From the NCBI RefSeq assembly GCF_009914755.1, contig NC_060925.1: a stretch of DNA of 64,000 bases. One strand, 5' to 3'. Shown here piece after piece: positions 55,937-64,000 of the stretch. This DNA is from the human T2T-CHM13v2.0 reference genome, Homo sapiens. Numbering within the stretch: the stretch's first letter is position 1; the number at the start of each line of letters is the position of its first letter. The notes beneath the pieces were generated by a model. It was not told where the DNA came from and made no database searches. It saw only the letters and a program-made list of their open reading frames with translations. The position numbers and the translations under genes were made by a program.

Positions 55937-58215
55937 CTAAGATAATGCATGTAAAAGCAGTTTGCATAGAGAGTGAGCCTCCACAATCCCTCACTCACAG
56001 AGGGACCTACTTCATTTCCAGCTCTAAACCTTACAATTACTTCTACCCTAGAAGGGAGATGCTAATTCAGGACAAAGGATAATCAAGACCAGTTCACAAG
56101 ATAACGTTTTATGAAAATTCACATCCTGTAACCTGGCCTGTGCTAACTATAAAGAGGTAAATTTTCATAAAACCTAATTCATCTAGAGTTTTTTGCTCCC
56201 TTCTCAGGAAATTAAACAGATAGAGGTTTAAAGCAGAAATGGGGAAACGTGGAAAACCGAACAACCCTAAAAAGAAAAGAGCCCTTCCGAAGCTGCAGAT
56301 GAACCCCACACGCACTCCCGCTGAGTGTGGGATAAGCAGAGAAACACTGCCCCCAATAGAGCAAGGCCCTCCCAGGCTGAACGGAATTCACAGAGCCTCT
56401 TGGATAACTCTGGTCCTGAGCAGGGGGCCTCAGAGAGGAGGTGCGGAACCTGTTCTCGCAGAACGTGGGATATCCCCTTGCGCTCCCCAAAGCCCGGCAG
56501 CGAGCTGAACAAGCAAGGCCACCATCAGTGGTATCTATCAACAGAGCATCTACAAGCAGCAGACAGATGTGACAACCAAAATCAAGACAAGTGGCCTTTC
56601 CAGACATGCCAGATACACTCAACCTCCCCACCACCACGATGATACTACTGGTCAATGTGGATTCTCATTTAATGGCAAAAGCCCTAATTTTTAACTGTCC
56701 CTGACTGGGAGGCGTTGTCATCGTCCTTCCGCCATGGGTTCAGTTCTCCCTTCCTCACTGAAAGAGGGTGCAACCACAGAAAGCTCTCCCAGAAAGAGAC
56801 TGGAGGCGTAATTTTAAAAGTTCAGGAAGGAGAGGTATTAAAGACCTGGCAAAGATTTCTTGGGTGGTTTAAGGCAAAATTCAGAATTTGTATCTTTTCA
56901 TTCCCAGCCTGCCATCTTAATTATCTTCATGCCCATCTTTACCATCATGGTAAGGACAAGCGTAGGAGACCACAAATAAACACACCCACACAAACATCTC
57001 AGCAAGAAAGATCTCTCCCTTTTCTCAGTATTCATTCATCTCCTCATGCTAGACCCAGAGCTCCCAAGAGCGAGCTCAGTAACCCTGCCAGCAGTGGACC
57101 ATCCTGGCAGCAAGCAGCTGCTCAACTAAGAGCAAATCTCCACATGCCCAATATGTGGCATCAGCCAGCATCCTTTGAGACAGAGCAGTCCCCAGGGTCT
57201 CTCTCTCCACAAACCATCCTCTCTTCCCCAAGAAAGGGCCTGGCAAAGAGTGAAGGGCCCCCAGGGGTTGCTTTGTGGAAAGACTGACTTAGTGAGCAAA
57301 TGGGATCAGAGGTACCCAGGTCAAATCCTCTTTATGGCCACAGATAGTCTACTTGGTGAGTAAGGACCCAGAAGGCGGAAGCCTCTACCCGACCTGGGCT
57401 CCTCCGGGCAGCCCCTACATAGGCGCAAGATATTAGACCAGGAAGGAACACTCAGTGGTATATCCCCCACCCTATAAGCTCCCGGCCTTGAAAGCATCTG
57501 AAAATAGCAGGCCCCCAAATCTAACCTTTTTCTTAGACCAGGCAGATGGTTTTATTCATGTAAGTTCTAGTTTACCTTCTTAAGCTGTCTAAACATTTGT
57601 CTGAGCATCTGAGCCACACGCTAGACTGCCCTGGGGATTAGTCCTGCTTTCAGTGGTGGGCTGTTGTTGTTGTTTTACCCCTCGTTTTCTCTCCCAGATA
57701 ACGGCGAGGACAGGCATTTATAAGAGCTGGGTGCTGCCCAGGAGTTGCAATCTGACTGGATGGAGGCCTGGGAGATGAACTGTCTCACGGGGGGCGGGGC
57801 AGAGGGATACTTAGACACTGTTGTCTTACTAAGACTCCATATTTACACAGGGAGTCTTGGAAAGAGGGTGCAGTCCTCCCAGCCTCCATCAGTGTGGATA
57901 GAATGCTGTCTAGAGGTCATTCCTGGGATGAAAGGCACCAGGCATTAAGAAGCCCACTCTAGCACAGCCCCTGAACAGCTGGATACTGTTTGCTGAGTCA
58001 CATCTCAGTTTCCAAGGGAAAATGACAGACACTGCTCATCACAGCCACATGAACTTTCAATCCAGAACTGCAAACCTCCTAACCACACAGTGCCTTGTTT
58101 CACCAATCTGGGAAATGGGGACAAGGGTACCCTCTCCCTACCAGCCATCTCAAAAGGGAAGACCCACACAGCTCTCAGCAATGGTGTGAATCATGAGTAT
58201 TTCTTCACCTGGAGA

Positions 58216-58259
58216 AAAAGTACTTAGCACAATTCAAAAGTATTTAGCACAATTCAAAA
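58216..58259. repeat. 20 bp tandem duplication
   Basis: AAAAGTACTTAGCACAATTC AAAAGTATTTAGCACAATTC AAAA. Confidence 0.9.
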
Positions 58260-58911
58260 TTATGACAGATGACTATGCTACCAAATCAGCAATCTGATGC
58301 CACATCGGACAGTTATAAATTAGACAAGTCAACAAATTTACCCTTCATTTATACTCTACGCCCCTTACTCTCACACCAACCACAATCTTCTCTGGCCCTC
58401 AAAGAAATAGACTGAAAAATAAGTTATATGGGAGGGAGAACAACACTATTACCCCTGAAACCACCCCCTGCACCATCATTTTTTTAATGTAAAAATAAAA
58501 GTCCCCCAAAAACAAAACAAAACAAAAAACCAAATTTTAAAAAGCAACCATTGTTTATTTTCTTTCCACCATAAAGGTATACTGCAGAAGAAATGTATAG
58601 GGAAAGGTATATTGTTTTGTGGTAGAGACTTTCCTTAATCGGACTTAAAATAGGATTTACCAAATCTTACAACTCTTCAGGAACAGGGTGATTTGCATAG
58701 AGCTAGGCACACCTGGCTCCCTAGAGAGGCCTGGACAGGCCACCTCCCCAGCAACCAGAGGGGAAACAAAGGGGGCAGACCAGATTCATGGCAAGGCCAG
58801 GCCTCAGGAGGGTTCAGGTGTTGGTCCCTAATTCAAAGAAGAACTTCTTCCTTTACAGACTAGCCTAGTGTATGAGAAGACATCATGGCAGCCAAAGAGA
58901 ACACTCTAGAG

Positions 58912-59136
58912 CTTAGGTTGGCAAACCAGTAAGGCCCAAGGGCCTTACTTATACCACCTGTATTTGTAAATAAAGTTTTATTGGGACACAACCACACCCA
59001 TTCATTTCTGTCCTGTCTATGGCTGATTTCTATGCTACAATGGCAGAGCTGAGTAGTTGCAAGAGAGACTGCACAACCCACAAAGCCTGAAATATTTACT
59101 CTCTGGTCCTTTATAGAAAAAGTTGGCCAAACCCTA
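58912..59136 (+). mobile_element. MER58A DNA transposon (hAT-Charlie)
   Basis: TTTGTAAATAAAGTTTTATTGGGACAC...GCTACAATGGCAGAGCTGAGTAGTTGC...TTTATAGAAAAAGTT; 8 bp TSD CTCTAGAG / CTCTAGTG. Confidence 0.9.
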
Positions 59137-60654
59137 CTCTAGTGTCAAGTACATTCCATCACAAAGGCTGCCGTAATAGACAGGTTCCAAAGAATAAAGA
59201 CAGCTAGTTCAGCACCTCTACTTTGTAAATGCTTACTGAGACCCAGAGAAGGGGAGATGACCTGCCAGAGCCAGTCTGCTAGAAGGACTGAGGTCCCACC
59301 TGCCTCCCAACCTAGCACTCTGTTTAACAAAGAGGAAGGGGTGAGGCTTCTCAAAACAAAACACCAGCAGCAGGGGAAAATATAAATAGAATATCAAGTC
59401 CCACAAATAAACATTAATGCTTGGCTCAAGCTTAACATGAGAAATGTGAAAAATGGGGAGGGGAAGAAGAGCACATGGGATGGTCTAAGCAAACTAATAT
59501 CCCAAGGGCAGCCTATCTTCAGCCCTTTCTAAATACCCATTCCACACACCCAAAAGCACGTGTGCTAATGATCAATCCTGCCTCTCTCCCTGCCCAGACT
59601 ATGGCCACTCCTCCTCTCAGCAATGATGGTGAACTTGGCAGTATCGAACCCAAACAGCCTTTCTCTCCCCATTACCTGCAACGTCAGCTTTTCTGCTTCT
59701 CACACAACTCTGCCCGTGAATAGTCCAAACTAGCGGGGTTTGTGCTACATTTTAACATTTCAATAATTAAGACCTCTCCCAAAAGGAATGCCCAGCACTT
59801 CCCCCAAAACAGCTGTGGAAAATCAGGCTGAGAGGGAAATGCAGATGGAGAGGCCCCAGGCCTGCACAGAGGGGCAGGAGGGAGGGAAGAGGGGCTGAGA
59901 AGGAGGGTCAGCAACAAGACAAAGGCGCCGAAGAGCTTTTTTTGCACCCGCACCAGGAAAACACCAGACAATGTGAATGGTGCATGGAGATGAAGCAACA
60001 TCCCAAAGTTAAAATTAATTAGCTGCCGTATTGACAGAGGCTCCATTGTGCCATGCGGTGAAGCAATCTAAGAGCGAGGGCATCACACACAATGTCGAAA
60101 GGCCCTTGGCAGCCACAGGTACGACAGGGTGAGGACATGCTCTATCGTGTCACCAACCTGGTTCCCTGAAGAAAGGTGTGCGTGTGTGTGTGTGTGTTGG
60201 AAGGCTAGTGGTTAAGAAGTGTCAGTGTTAAGACTTTCTTAAATTAATTTCAAAAATGCAGTAACCAAAACATTGACAGTAATACTCTACTATTTGAGAG
60301 CCTAAGTGAAAGGCAACAAGTGGGGCGCAGAAAAGCACGAAGCTGCCTATGAGCTACTAAGTGGCCTGAGCAGGTTAGGAGCTGGCACGATGTGAGGGAA
60401 GGCACATGCCCTCCCACTCAAGTCACAGAACTGGGTGGGCGTGGCCCAACCATCAGATATTGGTGATCCTAGGTACTCCCTTGTCTGCCGCAGTCACCCT
60501 ACCCAGCTCCGTCATGAACGGCCATACCCCCTCACCTGGAAAGCCTGCCTTCTCCCTGGATCTGCCAACAGCTTCTGCACACCCTGCACCTTGCTCACAC
60601 TGGTTCCTGTGCTTCTCTGGCCCACTTCTTTCCTTGAAATCTGGTGGGCTGCAC

Positions 60655-60890
60655 AACCTAACTGTTAAGAGCACTGACTCTAGAAGAACTAGTTTGCCTA
60701 TGCTCAAATCCTGTCTCAGCCACTTACTAGCTGTATAAACTTGGGCAGGTTCCTTAACCTCTCTCTGCCTAAGTTTACTCATCTGGGAAACTAATCGCAG
60801 TTCTGACCTCACGGAGTTACTGATATGGGCTAAATTAGTTTACACAGACCACTCAGAACACTGCCTGGCACAAAGGCAGGGCTGAATTAG
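60655..60890 (+). mobile_element. MIR, near full-length
   Basis: GTTAAGAGCACTGACTCT...CCACTTACTAGCTGT...TTAACCTCTCTCTGCCT...CTGCCTGGCACA. Confidence 0.85.
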
Positions 60891-62851
60891 TATCATTAAG
60901 GTCCCCACCCCTCCTTGGAGGGTACTTTTTCCAGAAAGTCTTCCTTAATTCCCTCTGTGGGTTAACTGCTCCCCAGTGGAGCCTGGAGCTCCAGCTGCTG
61001 CTAACACCCCTCTGATGGCATTTATAGCTTATCTTTACTCATGCCTATTTTCATCATTGTTGCCCACACGACTCTGAAGGCAGAGTACTAACTATACCCA
61101 TTCCTGCAGCATGGAGGCGGAGTCCCCAGTCCCTTTCCTGAGTACCTGGTACAGTATATTTGCACCATATACTGGGCCATTACATAGTTACCTCTCAACA
61201 GTCCTAAGATACTCTAGGACTATCACCCCAAGTATACAGATGAGGAATGTGATGCTTGATCTCTCTAGGATAAGCAACTTACCCAAAGTTACAGACTAGT
61301 ATGCTGCTATTAAATTCTGGTTTGCTGAAATTAAAGTAAACTAGGGGCCTTCATTCAGAACTGAAATGGCTTTCAGGGCTGAATCAAGACAGGTATCAAT
61401 TCATGTGAACACACAGAAAAAGGTCTAGAAGGACATCCTCCAACTAGTTATACCTGGTACCAGGATGCACAGGAGGACAGTGAAGGGCAGGGAGTTTTGC
61501 TTCACTTCTTATTTTATATACCTCTATATTTTAGCAATTTTTAACAAAAGAAGTACTTAGGTATTACTTGAATAATTAAAAATAAATGGCTTAGTATAAA
61601 GAATCATGTTAAACTTACCTCCTACAAAAGACTTTGAAACCATTCTGATTGAATTCTAATAAAACTTTAGAAGCGTTCAATCTTCCTGGACCGAAAGCTT
61701 GGTAAGAAGTGGCTTTGGATTCAGACAAACCTGGCTTCCAGTCTCAGTACTTCCCCCTCCCATTTACAACTGAGTGACACTGTTCATGGCACTAAGCCTC
61801 TCAGAGCCTCCGAATCCCTCGTGCTGGAAAGGGAACTGTGCTATTATTTACCCTGCGGGTTCTCATGGGGATCACCTGAAGTAGCATGCAAAGATCTGAT
61901 ACAGTGCCACGCATACCAGAGGCCAGAAGTAGGGCTGCCTCTTTCCTTTGCTGCTGGAGTCTGAGCTGGTTTTTAAGGGTTAATCCTAGTCTACCTCCAT
62001 AAGCCAGTTCTTTTCCAAAATGATCTACTTGGGCAAAAGATAGGTGCGGGGGAGAATGCCACCAATCGCTCTTGCCCATAAACCCCCGCCCTGATACTCA
62101 CCTTCTGAGAATACCAGCCATCGTTTTGGAGTCAGGCATGATCCAGGCAATAAAAGCAGAGACAGAAACCTTCTTGCGAACAAGGTCCCTGATGCCCCAT
62201 TGTCTCTGTAGTCCAATCTGTGCCTCTCATGCAAGGTTTCAGGGACGTAAAAAGCATTCAGACAAATGGGTCTCCACTACTGAGCTCTTACACAGGGAAA
62301 AGCATCTGAATCTGTCAATTAATATGTATTAAGTCCCTACAGGGCCCACTGCTCAAGCAGTGTTGGAAGAATGAGTGGAGAAAGGACGAGGGGCAGAGTC
62401 CCAGCACTCTGGTGCCAGACTAGCCAGATAAGGCAGCACGGCAAGCTACATGAGGTCCTTCTCTGATGTCCCAGAGACTGGTTACCTGGGCCAAAGGCTG
62501 CCTCTGCGGCGGGTCCCCACCTTTGCTAGGAGCAACACTAGGAAGTAAAACTCAAATCACTCTTAAGCAATGTGCTGGCAATTCTGATGGATTTTTGTTT
62601 CTAAAGTGTGCTCTGTGTACCACTGGACCAACAACTTTACACATAAGAATACCATTGTGTTTATGTGCACAAACATTTAGCCATAAGGATGTTCATCACA
62701 TTACTATTTACATTATGAGAAAGCTGAAAAGAATCTTAATGCAAAAGAATTCTTAACTGGAAAACTGGAAACAAGCAATAGTAAGGAACTGGTGAATTAT
62801 GCCACATCCAAGAAGCATAACATATACTCATTTAAAAAGATAGAAAACCTA

Positions 62852-63140
62852 GGCCGGGCACAGTGGCTCACACCTGTAATCCCAACACTTTGGGAGACCC
62901 AGGAGGGTGGAACACTTGAGGTCAGGAGTTCGAGACCAGCCTGGCCAACATGGTGAAACCCTGTCTCTACTAAAAATACAAAAGTTAGCCATGGTGGTGC
63001 GCACCTGTAGTCCCAGCTACTCAGGAGGCTGAGGCAGAAAAATGGCATGAACCCGGGAGGCGGAGCTTGCAGTGAGCCAAGATCACGCCACTGCACTCCA
63101 GCAGAACGAGACTCCATCTCAAAAAAAAAAAAAAAAAAAA
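62852..63140 (+). mobile_element. Alu with AluS-type left arm and AluY-type right arm, within an old L1M fragment
   Basis: Left CACTTGAGGTCAGGAGTTCGAGACCAGCCTGGCCAAC; right AATGGCATGAACCCGGGAGGCGGAGCTTGC; TSD AGAAAACCT. Confidence 0.85.
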
Positions 63141-64000
63141 GAAAACCTTAATGACATGGAGGGACCCATGGGAGCCCTTCACCTAACATCAAAATAGGTG
63201 CTTAATGAAGAAAAACAGGGGCTCTCAAGGACAGAGATGCTATGCTGCAGCCAGGGAGAAGGGACTTGTTCGTGGATTGCCAACTGGACCCATAGTTCCC
63301 CACATTTAGGGAAAAAAAAAAAATCAGAAACCAACTCACAACTCATTACCTGCCTGAAGCATTTCTGAAACCATTTTAGGATTATTTAACCAGATAAGGT
63401 CTTGCAATAAACAGGTGTGAGAATTACTGTCTTTTTTTAAATCCATCTACTCCACTTCTGAGATCTGCAATGCACCCTAGTACACTAGAAACTCTGAGAA
63501 GCCCTACACTAAAGAAGCTGCTTCACTCTTTCCACTCCCCACAAAGAGCTGGCTATAGACCCTTTATTGAAATGTGCCTGAACATCTCACTGAAGAGCTG
63601 GGAAAGCTGATAGACTAAAAAGCACCCTGGATATGGCAGGGAGGCCTGGGGGCCCCCGTGGCTCTCACTTACTAGGGAATCTTCAGCCAAGTCGTCTCTC
63701 TATTCTAGACACAACTTCTCCAACTGGGAGCTGACTAAATCAGAGGTACCTAGATCTGTGCTCTCTTCAAAGGTAAAACCCTTGGGGGCATGAGGGGAGG
63801 TGTAAAGGTGGGAAACCCAGTGAGCAGAATTCACAGCACCACACTCCCCTAAAACAAGTAGATGGCTCCATTTTTGTTTTATTATTTGCACTTCCATGTA
63901 AGACTTCATTTAAAGAAAAGCTCTTTCTGCTAAAACGAAAAAAAGTAAGTCAGAAACCACTGAAACCTATGTCCTGTGTGGTCCTTCCAAACTGCGACCG

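Noticed and set aside
63400-63610. Possible hAT-Charlie MER fragment
   Set aside because: Resemblance is too degenerate to assign a family or boundaries by eye.

Overview
This is primate genomic DNA, almost certainly human: it carries an AluYb8 copy at about 11197-11558. It is not prokaryotic. I found no supportable protein-coding exon, rRNA, tRNA or CRISPR array. The ORF track consists of Alu/MIR/L2-derived or random frames. The + strand looks A/C-rich by eye, which fits the whole window lying inside one large intron of a minus-strand gene; I cannot name that gene from the sequence alone. Annotatable content is mostly transposable elements: about 30 Alu/FLAM copies (several nested), many MIR and L2 fragments, a MER41A solo LTR, MLT1A0 and MLT1C LTRs, MER2 and MER58A DNA transposons, two CR1/L3 relics and a very short L1PA 3' stub. 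Between them lie repeat-free blocks with clusters of developmental transcription-factor motifs. I did not find a demonstrable new biological system. The best leads are: (1) a CpG-enriched element at about 50.9-51.6 kb that may be an alternative minus-strand promoter/first exon with an RFX X-box; (2) a local ~120 bp duplication whose copies differ strongly in CpG retention; (3) an abutting PBX-HOX plus MEIS composite site next to a perfect (GGAA)14 microsatellite. Repeat family calls come from recalled consensus sequences and boundaries are approximate.
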